This document shows positions 1-14,000 of a stretch of 64,000 bases of DNA, piece by piece. The position numbers were made by a program, and so were the translations under genes. Position 1 is the stretch's first letter. Every line of letters starts with the position of its first letter. Source of the DNA: Marsupella aquatica (Eukaryota; Plantae; Marchantiophyta); contig OZ316892.1 in NCBI GenBank assembly GCA_973895155.1, positions 11,844,238 through 11,908,237 on the forward strand. The letters run 5' to 3'. The notes beneath the pieces are model-generated. The model saw nothing but the letters and a program-made list of their open reading frames with translations. It ran no database searches and was not told the origin of the DNA.

Positions 1-632
1 GTGACAATCAATCATTGGTATCTCAGTGATCACTCTCGCTCTCGCTCTCGCTCTGCTGACCGAACAGGTAAGACGATCTTCACTCAAAAGGCAGCTTCTG
101 CTTTAAAGAAAAATAATAGAAACGAAAGGTTCCAAAAAGGTCCAAAATGATGGTACTGCATTCACAGCGGTAGTTGAAAAGAAAACAAAAGAAAAAAAAA
201 CTGTACTGTTGTGCAACTGTCCACTAAAAACAAAAGTACTCTTGTCCAACTGCAGTCCTTGAGTAAGCTTGTTTATATTATATTTTCAATTTTTGAAGGG
301 ATAAGGCACAGAGCCAAAAGCTGCATTAAGCTTCATTAAGTACAGCCTTGTTTGGTTTGGGCTTTCACCAACAGCCTGGGAACGACTTCCTGACACAGTT
401 GTGATGCTGGACTTTGAATTTCACTCTACGTAAGGAGAGTACATAGATCTGGCGAAGCCACGAGCGCGTTCAAAACGGGAGGTGTTTGTAAAAATCCATG
501 CTTCTTCTCTTGAGTTCTTTTGCAGCTGTTGGGGACTCTCCGGTTCTTCGGTCTTCTTTGGTTTACCGTTTGTTTTCCTCCTTTGTTGGGTCCCCTGTCT
601 GTGGTATCTCCTGCTTGTTTGTTCTTTGGGCG

Positions 633-831
633 ACAAGGAGTAAGAGTTTGGCAAAAATCACCCAGCAACAAATCGCTGGCTAGTGGAGTTGCCATTCAGA
701 CAGGATAGTTTTAACTACTGTAGCTCATGTAAGTACACAAGGAGTAAGAGTTTGGCAAAAATCGACAGCCACAAATGGCTGGCTAGTGGAGTTGCCATTC
801 AGACAGGATAATTTTAACTAGCTCATGTAAG
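633..831. repeat. Local tandem duplication, ~104-bp unit x2
   Basis: ACAAGGAGTAAGAGTTTGGCAAAAATC...GCTGGCTAGTGGAGTTGCCATTCAGACAGGATA..TTTTAACTA..GCTCATGTAAG occurs at ~633 and ~737. Confidence 0.9.
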
Positions 832-1809
832 GAGGGATTCATCCTTCGTCCACGTGTTGCCTATCTTTGACCCTCGTGATACATATTTTGTGCAGCTTCC
901 AGGAAAGGTTAACATTGCACGTAGTTAAGCAGGTTGCTCGTATGTTCCGTGGCGGGTGGTGGGGCTTGAAAGGAAGTGGGTAGGGTCAATTGAATTGATG
1001 GATGTGATTTACCACTCATCACAACCTTGGTACCTTTCCTTTCCACGGGGATGAGCATAATCGATCTCAATCTTACACAGAGCGGAGAGCCGTGTCTCTC
1101 TTTACGGCATTCAAACCTAAGTTCCATGAATGAGAACGCCAAACTCCAGACACACAAGTAATCTCGATAGATGGGGTCGGCACACAGTATCGGACGGCTA
1201 ATTGGAGAGCTTCACTTGCTAAACAATAGAGGCTCTCATAACATTTCGTCGAGCACGAAACATGTGGCAAACTTTTGGCAAAAGTTCGAACAGTGGCAAT
1301 AAGTCGATCACTGCTTGGCCGTCATCTTCCACCCTGTACAAAGGTGTCGTGCCATCTTTTCATATCTACTGGAGAATCAAAACATTCAATCCGAGAATTT
1401 CTCCGGGAGCATAGCATTTATTCGCCAGTGGTATCTATCTTGAAGTGAAGCGCGTCACTCGAAACCCTTGTTCATCGTTGAGGGTCTGCAATCAACTCAC
1501 TCGTAAAGTCTATAGGGAAGTCAGGTTACCGGCATATAAACATTTGTGGAGGTGCAATCAACTCACTCGTAATTTCCATAGGAGGCACATAAACATTTAT
1601 GGAGACCAGACTTGCATTATCTTATACAAGGAGCCCTATGCGCGTGGGTTGCAGGGCATTTATGGGACAGGGTGGGGAATCATATTGTGTCCGGGGGTGC
1701 CTATTTCCTTCATCAATGGTTAGGGAAAACAGTCTAACAAATGCAACACTTGTGGATCTTTCCCACCCAAGAGTTTTTTTGTATTGGGACAAAGAACTAA
1801 AAAATGCGG

Positions 1810-1960
1810 GATCCCTTACTATAGTTGTAGATAAGCGTATGACTAACACCTAGAATCGAGAGGTACTTGGTTCAATCCCCCCTCCACACCCAAGGGTGAG
1901 GCTCAGTGTGTGTGTGGGGTGGGGTGGGGTGGGGTGGGGTGCAGTGTAGTGTAGTGTACT
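1810..1960 (+). mobile_element. Possible tRNA-derived SINE-like remnant with GT-rich tail including (GGGGT)5
   Basis: B-box-like GGTTCAATCC at 1869-1878 preceded by TAGAATCGAGAGGT; followed by CTCCAC and a GT-rich tract; (GGGGT)5 at 1916-1940; similar segments on the minus strand at ~5335-5440 and ~51130-51270. Confidence 0.4.
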
Positions 1961-3564
1961 GATGGGAGTATTGGTTACTCTTCAGCCCCTTGCTCGGCTT
2001 CTTTGGGGCCATGGTTTAACCCTCTCTCCCTCCTTGTTTGGGTCTATGTCGAATCCCTTATAGCTACCCTATACAATTGCATGCTCTGGAGCAGAAGGTC
2101 AATCCTCTGTTGGATGTGTCTCTTTTCGGCTTTGAAAGGAAAAATAAGAACATGAGTAGCTCCTGCTGGTCTTTTTCTTTGTAGTTTATGGGAGGTCCCA
2201 TTGCTACCCCTTTTGCCAGTCTGGCTGCTAGGCTCCAAGTCTCATTATCCTAGGCAGCCTCCTGGAGTCTCAAAACTTTATGAGAAAAAAGAGTGTCTGG
2301 GGTTACACTGACCCATGGCCTGTTCAGGAGGTTCAATCTCAAAATTGTACCTGGAAAAGAGTGTCCCGAGTTAAGCTAGGTTGCTGACCAATGGCCTGTT
2401 TGGGGGCCATAATTGTAGCCCCCTCAGGGATCAGAGCCACAACCTCCTCCAGGGCATGAGTTACCATACTCATAAACCATGGAAAAACCATTGTTAAATA
2501 AAGTCTTGTAGGTAACAAAAATTACCTGTGCATAACCATTTCTATCTCAGGCTGCTATTTTCTCACAGTCTTTTGCCCAAAAGATTATCGTGGGATCAGG
2601 ATAACCTTTTCTGGACATTAATTACGCCCCAAAATAGAGATCTGTGGGGGCCACAGATCAGCTTGTTCTCACATTCCGGACACAGGGCTACAACCTAGTA
2701 ACCCCTGCCCAGACCTCAGTTGTCCTAAACTTGACCATGCATAACTGCAAGGCCACCTGTCATTTCTCTCCTATCCTGCTCTTCGTACTTATGACAGACA
2801 AACCATGGAATAACCGTGGTTACTCAACCATCGTCAGGTTATTGATCCCCACGGGGATATTACCACATCAGAAGGCTACTGTGGCATCCTGTTTAGGATG
2901 TACAGCAGTTTTGCATGATTGTCCATAACTCCACATAAAGACATGATTGTGAGAGCAATATTCGAGAGGAAACTATGCCTTTTGAGAATCCAACGAACTT
3001 TTTACCAGTGAACTGGATCTCCGCACATCCCTGACTTTCTACACACGCATTCAATGTTGGGCGCTTCTGGGAAGGAACAGACACAGCAGTAATGAAAGAC
3101 AGTTGGGATCCATATGATATACTGATCTCGCCTGAGACTAATATTCTCGCTACTAAGCTTCAAAGGCGCAGCCAAACCTACCAATAATGAGCTTCCACTG
3201 GACAGACACAACCCACTGATGAGCTTCCAATTTGCAAACCATGCTCTCTCCTCTGCTCGTTCCCACTTCCCAGCCGAAGTTGCGTAGATGATGACCGTGT
3301 GCATTGACATCAGCGGAGACATTGTGGATGGTGTCGGATCCCAAGTAGGGCAGTTGAATTCTGAGAAGCATCAGCGTTTCCCATGTTCTGAATGACAGCC
3401 AGTTGCCATCCCGTTCTTACCATCCTGTGAAGCTCCCATTATGTTCGCACTGAGCTTGCTTATTAGACCATTCTGCAGGTGAAGTCGCCATTGGAGTAGT
3501 CGATCGGTGATTATGGCGAGAAGGCTGGCAAAGTGTATTCTGCAGCTGCATTGTATTCACATTG

Positions 3565-4056
3565 AGGGTCATTGTTAACCCCATTGGTTATCAGTCATCC
3601 CATGTGGATGACGTTCAGCAGAGGGGGCTCATTGTTAACCCCACTAATTCTCACAACGAGCCTGAATTTACATTCTTTGAATATTAATAAAAATGATGGC
3701 AAAAATATATTCTATGCTAGTTATTTTGACGTACATAATATCTTATCTTTCTTTCCATCCACATACATTTTGGTGAGACTCTAGAACCATGGTCTACAGG
3801 TTTCACTCTATAAGCCTACACCCCAACTCTAGATTCTTGTTGTGATCAGTTATATAGATGAGGCCCATTGTTAACCCATTAATTATCACAATGAGGCTCT
3901 TGTTAAACCATTGGTTGTCACCCATGTAAATAATGTTCTGCAATGAGACTCATTGTTAACCCAGTTAGTTATCAGTTACCCATGTCAGTGAAGTTCAGCA
4001 ATGAGGCTTATTGTTGACCCATTATTTCTCAGTTACCCATGTCAGTGAAGCTCAGC
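3565..4056. repeat. Degenerate minisatellite (CATTGTTAACCCA core, ~55-60-bp unit)
   Basis: Repeated (G)AGGCTCATTGTTAACCCA...GTTATCAGTTACCCATGT..GTTCAGC units at ~3570, 3629, 3866, 3900, 3950 and 4010. Confidence 0.75.
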
Positions 4057-7000
4057 CGCCTAACCGCACTCAAACAACATTTTCTAGAGATCCACATTTT
4101 CCTCTATGTGACGTTGCCAAATGAAAATTTATATAGAAAAATGCACTCCACTACTCTCGCTGAGTCTTTTCTTTTAATTTGGCAGCCCTACCGAGTCATC
4201 TCGACGGCCTTGCTAAGCAGGACAGTTCCAGATGCAAACGACTGAGGGGAGCAATTAATCCCTGATACGGGCAAATCTGGCTCCTAATGCAAATGACTGA
4301 TAAGTGATGGGGTTGCAACACTCATTTGCAAACCAAAAAAAAGACTCATTTGCCAGGAGGGATTCATATGACCACAACTAGTAGTACTTATTAGCTAACC
4401 AAACCACAGCTCTAAGACAACACAAAAGGAGTGAGAAACTAAGTTGTTTACAGAGTTGGATTGATCTCATGGCAACTTAAACACGTGGCTTTCAGCTTGT
4501 GACACAAATGGGGGATGTGGCTCTTTGAAAATACTGAATCAGATGTGTTTGCATGTCCCAAATTCCCCTAGGAATCATCTTTTTATTCAAGGTGGTATTT
4601 GGAAGAGCAGGGTAGAGTGGGAGGGAACTTTTGAGCAAGGTTTCTCACTACCTTGTGGTCCACTAGAAGCATGAAGGAACCATTTCTTGCAAGGACAAAC
4701 TTGTGGGAAGGCCATGGTCTTGTAAAGAGAAATGCAGAAGCTCATTTGCTTTGGATGGCTCAGATTTAATGGATCAACAAATTTTGTTTGGCTACTGCCA
4801 CCCTTGTTTTGCAAATTGCCTTAACTGGCACTCACATAAAGAAAAGCCCAAATAAGCTGAAGGTTTGACAAGATGCTTGGATGGAATCATAGAACCCAAA
4901 TAAACATAAATCAAGGAAAAAAAACTCTCCTTCACATTATTATAGCTTTTTTAAAGTACTTTACTCCTGTTTTGTTACACTATGTTTTGGATTGTCCATT
5001 CAAGCCTCCAGAACCAGCCTTTGTGTCTAGGGACAAACTTTTGGTTCAGCAAGGAATTCAGAATGTGGCAGTTGAGGATTACATAGATTATAACTTGATG
5101 AGTTGTTGCATATGACAAAGGTGTAAGTCATTCTAATGACTTTCAATTGTGGGTTGTGTGGCAAAACTTATAAGGCAGTGTCATAAGAATGTCTAAAAGA
5201 AAATTAAGTCATACAAGAGTCATACTCTAGTACTAATAGTGGGCAGAATGAGGGGTCTTTCCTACTAGTGGGACCCCAACATGAGAGGTGGTCCAGGACA
5301 CACAATCAATAGCTTATTGAAATGGTTGCAAGGCACTTTGACCCAACCAACACATACGTACACACACTGATACTCTCCCACACCTAGTGACAGACGGGGA
5401 CCCGAACCTGATGGTGGTCCCAAGTCTCAATTCCCAGATGCAAGATCTTTTGAGAAGACTACAAGGTCACATCACATAAATTTGCAGCATTGAATATGAA
5501 GACAATTTTTACTTTCATAGGCTCTTAAACCACTGTGTAGATTTTCTCTTTATATTGTTGTCGGGATTGTTGGTGCAGGTTATACTCTTGAACAACATGG
5601 AGGCAATGGGTTACAGATATTTATAATCCACTGGACAGCAATGCCTAATGAAGTTGTATTGTCTGTAGTATATTGGAGGTATGAAGTTAGATTTTCTGAA
5701 ATCTGGTCACATGTTTCAGGCTTATTAGAGCACTCCTGATCATGCTCTCTAGATTTAACACCATCAAACTTTCATTGACTGAACGACGTGAAGTCAAGTG
5801 GTGGGATCCAAAACTTTGATCCTAGATCCCAGGGTAGTGTCATCAGGAATAATAGGACCACAATTGGGAACATACAGTCTACTCTCTCTAAGTGCACACT
5901 CTCAGGAAGAAGCAGAGTTTGCACTATGTGATAAGTGCAGCATTGGAGATCTTGGACTTATAGGTAATCGCCTGTGGATACTTGTGGTTTGCACCATGTG
6001 ATAAGTGCGGCAACAACTCTTATTGCTAATTACATGTATATGCATTCTTGTAGGGAGTTTTGTTATGTGTTTGTCATCTACTAGAGACCTCAAAATACAA
6101 ATGAAAAGTACAAGAAATTTGTGGAATTGTAGGGGAAAATGGAATTGTAAACCAGATTTTGTACTTATGGAGAGTGCACCTAGACAAAGTGGACTGTACA
6201 AGGAATGTAGGGGATCTGGGAAGGTTAGTGCGGTAGCTGAGAAGGAGGGAACCAGGTTGGAGGCACAACTAAACAGGTTTTTGGTCACAGGCCTGGTATC
6301 TTACTATTTGGTATACACCTCCTGGTGTGAGTACTCGTTTGGCCAGTGTTTCTTTTATTTTAAAAATTAGCCAGATTCCTTCGCCACTTCACTAAAATTG
6401 CCACATATTTTAGGTCTCATTAGCCAGTTCCCCACCACCCACAAGGTCCACTAGTCGCAATCTGATGGTTCTCCTTAAATCTAGGGAGATCTCACACATA
6501 TATAAATTTAGGAAATTGACATAAGGGATTTGCTTAGGTTCTCCTTCTTGAGACAAGGTAGCATTTGCCACCCTGGTGAATTCTACATACCCTCAAAAAT
6601 TACCCTGGTATGGCTAACCAAACCATGTTTGAGAGATGCTGATGGTCCCTTAACGTCATCAAGTTAGCACGAAACGATTAGTTGAGTTCATTCAAGTGAA
6701 AGGTTTGAAGATTCCGGTACAAGTTACCCAAACCTACCTATGAACCGTATCCCTTGTTTCTCATGGTGGCCATGGCTTTGTGTTGACTTGCAATGAACCT
6801 ACATTGTACTCTGATGTTTAATGACTGTGCACATTGCATGGCAGCTACATAAACCCCTAGTGGGTTTGGACCATATTGTTTAGTGGGTTTGGTCAACACC
6901 CAGTTGGACCTGACGTTTGCATTAGCTCACTGCTACATATTGACTACTTTTGCATTAGCTTATTGCTACGTATTGACCGAGTTGGAACTGACTTTTGCTT

Positions 7001-7124
7001 AATTTAGTGGTATTGTTCGCATCCTAGGGTTGGTAAGTTCCCAGTAAGGTAATCAACAAAAGTTTACAGATTTGTCCTGTTACAGATTTGTCCTGTTTTG
7101 CCAATGTCACCTTTCGTGTAATCA

Positions 7125-8325
7125 GATCTATGTAAATTGAAGGTTGACCTTCAGATTCTGGCTAGTGGGGTTTGTGGCTAGGTGGAAAACCTAATGTTGC
7201 CAAACATGGTAATTGCTTTTTGGAGAGATGTAGTATAATGATTTTTTGCCACTAAAAAAGTGATGGGTTGGGAGATTTTTTAGGTTTAGCTTGATCCGGG
7301 TAGTCTGGTAGTGTGCAGATTTCCTTTCGACAGATGCCCCTGCATTTTGGTTGACCTTCACATTCTGGCTAATGGGGTCTGTGGCTAGGTAGAAAACCTT
7401 TTTCCAAAGTGGCGAAAACTTGTTGGAGAGGAGTAATCTTTGCCACTGGTCCAATAGTCAGATTTCCCCTACATTTAAGGTTGACCTTCACACTCTGGCT
7501 AATGGGGTATGTGGCTAGGTGGAAAACCTAGTGTTAAAACTTTATGGAGAGGCGTGCCACTTTAAAAAAGCACTGGGTTGGAGATGACTTAGTTTTAACT
7601 TGAACCAAGTAGTCTAAAGTTTTCCTGTAGTCAGATCTCCCTGCACTTAAATTGACGTTCAGATTTTGACTAATGGGGTCCGAGGCTAGGTGGAAAACCT
7701 ATTTTTGCCAAAGTGGCAAAACCTCTGTGGAGAGGCGTAATTTTCACCTCTGAAAAAAGCGTTGGAGATGTTCTAGTTTTTGCTCGAACCAGGTAGTCTG
7801 GTAGTGTACAGTTTTACTAGAATCTGATCTCCTTGCATTTAGGTTGACCTTTGGCTAATGGGGTCTATGGCTGGGTGGATAACCTATTTCTGCCAAAAGT
7901 GGCTAATAAACTCTTTGGAGAGGTGTAATTGTCGCCAATGAAAATGGCTCTGGTAGTGTAAGTTTTACTATAGTCAGATCTCCCTGCATTTTGGTTGATC
8001 TTCCCCATTCTGGGTAATGCGGTCTCTGGCTAGGGGGCAAACCTATTTTCGCCGAAGTGGCGAAAACATGTCGAGAGGTGTAATTTTCGCCACTGAAAAA
8101 AGCGTTGGGAGATGTCTTACTGTAGTCTGGCAAACCTTTATTTGCCAAAGTGGCGAAAACATGTCCAGAGGTGTAACTTTCGCCAGTGGAAAAAGCGTTT
8201 GGAGATGTCTTACTGTAGTTTGGCAAACCGATATTTGCCAAAGTGGCGAAAACATGTCGAGACGTGTAATTTTTCGCCACGGAAAAAAGCGTTTGGAGAT
8301 GTGTTAGTTTTGGGGGAGTTTTGGT
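7125..8325. repeat. Composite tandem array directly upstream of the kinase gene
   Basis: Six degenerate 130-210-bp units starting GGTTGACCTTC.. (7141, 7349, 7478, 7651, 7841, 7992), then three near-identical 93-bp units (GTGGCGAAAACATG at 8057, 8150, 8243). Confidence 0.9.
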
Positions 8326-9180
8326 AATGTACAGTACGAGGCAGGTATGATAGGCAGGAAGCTCAAGACGCGTTGGTTGTGGCCTACGAGGACTGTTGTG
8401 TGTCGAGGACGACGAACGAGGAGCACACGAGAAGACCTCGACGAAGCTCGCTCTCTCTCGCTCACTCGCTCACTCGCTCTCACTCGCTCAAGCAATGCCG
8501 TGAGGAATGCTTTTAGGGTTTAAGTTCGTGTTGCAGCTGGAAACCGACGAGCTCGGCTCTGTACACGGACAGCAAAAGTTGTCGGATCAGAGGTGGTGCA
8601 GGACCATCGCTTGAAAACGGAGCGGTCACGTTGCGGGAGCAGCTTGGAATTGGTGTTTTTGTTTTTGTTTCTGTGGATGGGATATGTGGCCTGTGTCATC
8701 TGCGGAGTATGGGAGTGGAGCTGACTGGGTGCGTTTCGGATTCGACGACCGCGAAGAGGACGGTAACAGATTTCGTTGTGGCAAGAAGCGGTGATGAGTT
8801 TTGTTAGAGGGGCTTGTGGAGAGCATTCGTCGTCGGAGGTTGTTGATGTTGTCGTTCTTGTGCGGAACTTCGGCTCCACGGCAAGTTGGAGTTCCCCGAT
8901 TCGACTAATTTGCCAGGGAATGCATTTGGCGTCGTGTGTGGTTGCTTATGAAGGACAGGGTTAGCAAGTTCTGTCAATTTCTGTCAAACTGTTTGTATCA
9001 TGGCTTTGAAGAGTTTAAAAGACCTAGTCGGCAAGGGTAAGATGTCACCTTAGTTGGGGATATAGCCACAAGGGAGCCTTTCCGATCCTTGTAGGTGCTC
9101 TCGTTCTGGAAATTGGTCAGCTTTGATATACCCGACAGGCAGTTCGAGTAAGGCGGAGAGGGAAAGATAGTTATGCAAGT

Positions 9181-11070
9181 ATGGCACAAGATGGGGTACC
9201 TTATTACCACTTCACAGCTGATTTCTACCGACGACTGGCAGAGGGTTCGGATATGTCCGTGGGGAGTGCAGCAAGCATGGATATGAGTAATGGGGGTGGT
9301 TCAGTGACGATGTCCATGACTGACAGTAGCGTTGGATCAAACAATTCTTTGCACACAGTTCTCATGCATCCAGATCTTCGAACAAGAAACGGCACGAGAG
9401 GATCTGTAGCACACAGTGTTGTTCAACCGTCGACCATGATCACTCATGGCTCTGTTGAAGATGCGCTGACCGATAATTTGATGGATGTTAGGTATCCTAC
9501 TGAGGGATTAGAAGGGTACGAGCAGTGGACAATTGATTTGCGCCGGTTACATATGGGCCCCGCGTTTGCTCAAGGTGCATTTGGACGGCTGTATAAAGGG
9601 ACCTATAATTACGCCGACGTGGCTGTCAAGATTTTGGAGCGGCCTGAAAATAATCTGGAAACAGCTCTTTTGATGGAATCTCAGTTTGCCAAAGAAGTTA
9701 CGATGCTTGCGAACACTAGACATCAGAATGTGGTTCGATTTATTGGCGCGTGTCGGAAGCCCATGGTTTGGTGCATTGTTACCGAGTATGCTAGAGGTGG
9801 TTCTGTTCGATCTTTCCTCAGTCGAAGATCGTCAAGGTCTGTTCCTTTGAAAGTTGCGGTGAAGCAGGCTCTGGACGTAGCGCGAGGCATGGAATACTTG
9901 CATGGCTTGGAAATTATTCATAGAGATCTAAAGTCGGACAATTTGTTGATCGCCAACGATAAGTCAATCAAAATTGCCGACTTTGGTGTCGCTAGAATCG
10001 AGGTCCAGACCGAAGGCATGACTCCTGAGACGGGCACCTATCGATGGATGGCACCGTAAGCTGCTTCGCACGCATGGTGTTTGTGTTCCTTTCCTTGGTT
10101 TTAGTTTTGCTTTGGACTTTTACTATCGTGCAACGTGTACCTATATGGGATGTAATGATTCTGGATCTTCTGTGCATACGTCACATTTAAATTCTAAGCA
10201 CTGCGCGTCATCACATTTCTTCCAGGGTTAGGGTTCAACCGGGTAAGGGACAGTGAGAAGTTGGCTGAGATGTCCGTCAGCTTCACATTATATATTTTTA
10301 CACAATATGTCAAAGTTAGGCTGCTGAGAGTGTTCTATGGTGTCTACGTCAGTCCCCAGATAGTTACGTACGGACCCAGCACGTAGTTTTTAGATTCGAG
10401 GTGTCTAGTTTGGAAATGTATGTACGTCGTGGAAGACTTTCAAGCTGAGAAGTTGTCTGGGACATAGTTGTTGGAAGTTTTTGAGCTGTCTGGTTACCCA
10501 ATGTTCTTGCTGATACAGTGATATTCCTTTTGAGAATTTTGACTTTTGAACCAAATTTGCAACTTTTCAGGATTTTGTAAGTTGCTTAAAAGGGGGATTA
10601 ATTTATCTTTGCTTTAATAGACATTTTCTACTGAATGATAGATTTGCTTCGCATTTCTCGCCTTGGTATAGAGAGAAGAGTACACAGCTGAAGTTGCGAA
10701 TTGATGACGGTTTGGAATTGGTTGCAGAGAAATGATTCAGCACAGACCTTACAATCACAAGGTGGACGTGTACAGCTTCGGAATTGTGCTGTGGGAGCTT
10801 CTCACGGGGTTGCTTCCTTTCCAAAATATGACTGCTGTTCAAGCAGCATTTGCTGTCGTGAATAAGGGCGTACGACCCAACATTCCTGCAGAATGCCCTC
10901 CTGCCTTGGTGGATATCATGTGCCGGTGTTGGGATGCTAATCCAGATGTCCGCCCTGCTTTTTCCCAAGTTGTGCGAATGTTGGAAGAAGCCCAAGTGGA
11001 GATAATGAGCACTGTCCGTAGAGCCAGATTCCGCTGTGGGTGCATGACTCGTCCTCTAACAAGAGACTGA
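9181..11070 (+). CDS. STY13: Raf-like MAPKKK, C-group Ser/Thr/Tyr kinase (STY13/Raf22-Raf28 type), 405 aa, 2 coding exons (9181-10055, 10728-11070)
   Basis: [11 protein letters not shown]-loop, [24 protein letters not shown] assembled across a GTAAG...TTGCAG intron (10056-10727, phase 2); N-terminal [16 protein letters not shown] and C-terminal [14 protein letters not shown] are typical of the Arabidopsis Raf22/Raf28 clade as I recall it. Confidence 0.96.
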
Positions 11071-14000
11071 GAATTCTTTTGGTTTCCCGAAGGCAAGTGT
11101 ATATTTCAATGTGCTCTTTTGAGAGTTATCTCCAGTGCCTTAAGGTGGTATGTTAATGAAGCCTAACTGGTCCCAAGGAGTGGTCATTTATTATGTTATT
11201 ATCTGCCACTGAGTGCCTGTCATGAAGCGCATAGGCTTCAGGGTTGAAGATGAGGTTTCCATATATCAGATGTTTTGTTTGGAAGCCAAATGAATAGTTT
11301 ACCGTTGAATTGGTTCCGAGGCTTATTGAGGGATAGATTGAAACAGATGCACTGACTCAGTTTTAGTGTGCTTTGTTTGATAAGGTCCTCTACACTTTTT
11401 TCTATAACTTGGTTATGTTGTCAAATAGGGGTACAAAAATATTGTATGGCTACGAACTCTGAAAGAGTTTCTTTGAAAGCCCACGTAGCAAAGTAAATAT
11501 CTCGCAGTTCTTCTGAAGATGTATTTGATGGATGGATGTTTTCTGTATTTTGAGGAAATTGATCTTTGGGTGTAGCGAGACATGGAAAGAGACGGCTAGA
11601 TTTGACTGATGTCATGACTGCCTGTGGATGATAGGGTAGGTTTTTAGAGTCTGATGCTGTCTTCGTGTCCTTTGGCTCGGGGTTTTGCATAGGTGAGAGG
11701 CTGTTCTTGGAGAGCAGCTCTAGTTATATATCTATATATATATACAATGATTCAACAACTCACGACTGAGTAAAGGTAAACCATCGCAATTACTTGTTAC
11801 CAGGTTTCTGAGAATTAGGCACCTCAGTGCTGCAAAACCATTTGTAATCATAGTGAGCTCTATGCATGAAGAATGAACAATAATCTCATCACAGTTTCAA
11901 ATCTTGAGGACCAAGATAGGTTTCTTGGAATGCATACCGTTAAGTGCGTCTACGTTGGCCTAGGTTTCGTTTATAAGATATAGACGTCCTTGTCATCATC
12001 TACTAACATGCTAAAGCAGCTTCCGTGTTCCTTAGTAGTTTTGGATTTGTAATATTGGAGACTGTTTTCCAACAGTATACATCCTTTTTACCCCCAGTTT
12101 CACATATATCTGAGCATGACTGCTCACAATCTTCCCTCCAAAGACAGTGACTGTTGTTTTGAGAAATTCCGAACTGTTCTCGTGGTAAGAGGACTTCAGT
12201 AACGCTCTATCAACGATCGCTTGAAAGCAGTTCGGGGTAGTTGGACCTGGTTTTTTTTAATCTAATCACAGACCGAGTCGTAATGTGGATAAAGTCTTAC
12301 ATGGACCCTTTCGTGACACATTTTGAGTTTGATTTCTACGTCGTATCAGTTCAGGGACATGTGGATGTTTTCCATTTGATTGCATGACTATCAATCAGTT
12401 TTTCCTGTGTTTCACAATGTACTTTGGCATCAACTGTTTAACCAAAACATCAATGCCCTGAATGAAAACCAATGGGCTTTTGTGAGGTTGGTACACACAT
12501 TGCACGGTTGATCCCATCAATTTTATTTGTATCTAAATTTGTGATCCATCTCTATTCTATCTTTGACGTATTCTCGATACGTTCGGAATGCATTGCCTGG
12601 GGATGCGATATAAGGTGACCCCAAAATAGCTTTTAAATATTGGAAGGATAGGTAGCTATGCGCAGCACCGCGCTATTATGAATACAAAACTATTGACAGC
12701 TAGAAACTACTATGGCACTCTAGCACTTGTAATTAACGCTAGGAAGTGCGAGTGACAACGGGCCTTTACCAGTTATTTCTGAACACAGCATTGACATTCA
12801 AAGCTAAGCTGGAACCAAGTACAGTGTAGGACAGAAAATTCAGAACTGTCCATCATGTGGATAGCTTATTATTTCATGAGAGCTTGGGTGCAATATTTCA
12901 AGGTTTTACTTTCACCCCAAATTACTAAAATCACGAAATCCCACCCCAGATGTCTCAATTTGGGAACATAAAGGGCAGGATGATTGCCAGCTGAAGATTG
13001 TACACATTTGAGGTGAATATCCCTCAACTAAACCGTAATGAGTATGATTTTCTTAGTGGTAACTAGGCACATGGAAGGTGAATGAATAATTGTGGACCCC
13101 CAAAATCACCCATGGAGGTAGATCACATCTGCACTATTGGTCCCAAACAAGAATGGAAGATCACATCACCACTATTTGTCCCAAACAAGAATGATTAGTA
13201 ATACAAAAAAATTCAAATGTTGCAGTGACAAACAAGAATGGTTTGTGATTGCAAAAAATCAAAAATTAAATTAAATGTTGTGGTCATATCAGCAATATTG
13301 ATCACAAACAAGAATTATTAGTAATGTAAAAGAACCAAACATGGCTATTTGTGGTTGAGATAAAGGAAAGCAAAATAATTTACCCCCATAATCGTAAAAA
13401 ACAATGAAAATTTGAAAAATCACACTTCAAATACACAAAGAAATGCGTAAAATAGATTAAGAAAAAATAATCATTGGATGAGTTGTCATTGATATATCAG
13501 TGTTTAATGGTCAGTTGCTTTGAATTGCTATTTGATTGACAAACTTTTTGAAATAACCGTAGGGTAGAAAGAAACTCTTTAGTTTCTATGATATTGAAAA
13601 AAACTCTTTGGCTACTATGGATAGAGTAATACCAAGGGAATGTAAGAAACCGTCCGACTACAATAGGAATACCAAGTGAATGCAATAAACCCCTTGGCTA
13701 CTTTGACACTTTGCATGACCTCCATGGAATGTCATGTGGGTTGTATGGACATACTTAGGAATACCAGGGGGAATACCAAGGGACGATTGGACTGTTACCA
13801 TGAATAGTCCACTCTTTTTGTCATTCATCTCCATACTCAAACATATTCCAATATGCAACTCTTTGTAGCTCCAACTTGCTTATTAACACCAAACTTATTT
13901 AACCAAAGGGTCCTCAAATTAATTTTCAGTGTAACTACCTGCACTGCCTCACTCCCATCTGCCACAACCAGAAATGTAGGTGTGTGGAAGGGCTCTAAGA

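Noticed and set aside
2940-3540. Protein-like fragments suggesting a LINE or gene relic
   Set aside because: No RT, endonuclease or other diagnostic motif in the frames translated; it cannot be assigned without a search.
4085-4250. USE/TATA-like arrangement followed by an Sm-like AATTTGG
   Set aside because: The USE match is poor and the downstream sequence resembles no spliceosomal snRNA I recognise.
7903-8327. Overlapping ORFs with 31-aa repeats, superficially like a repeat protein or CRISPR array
   Set aside because: They are an artefact of the 93-bp tandem unit. There are no unique spacers, no cas genes, and the context is eukaryotic.
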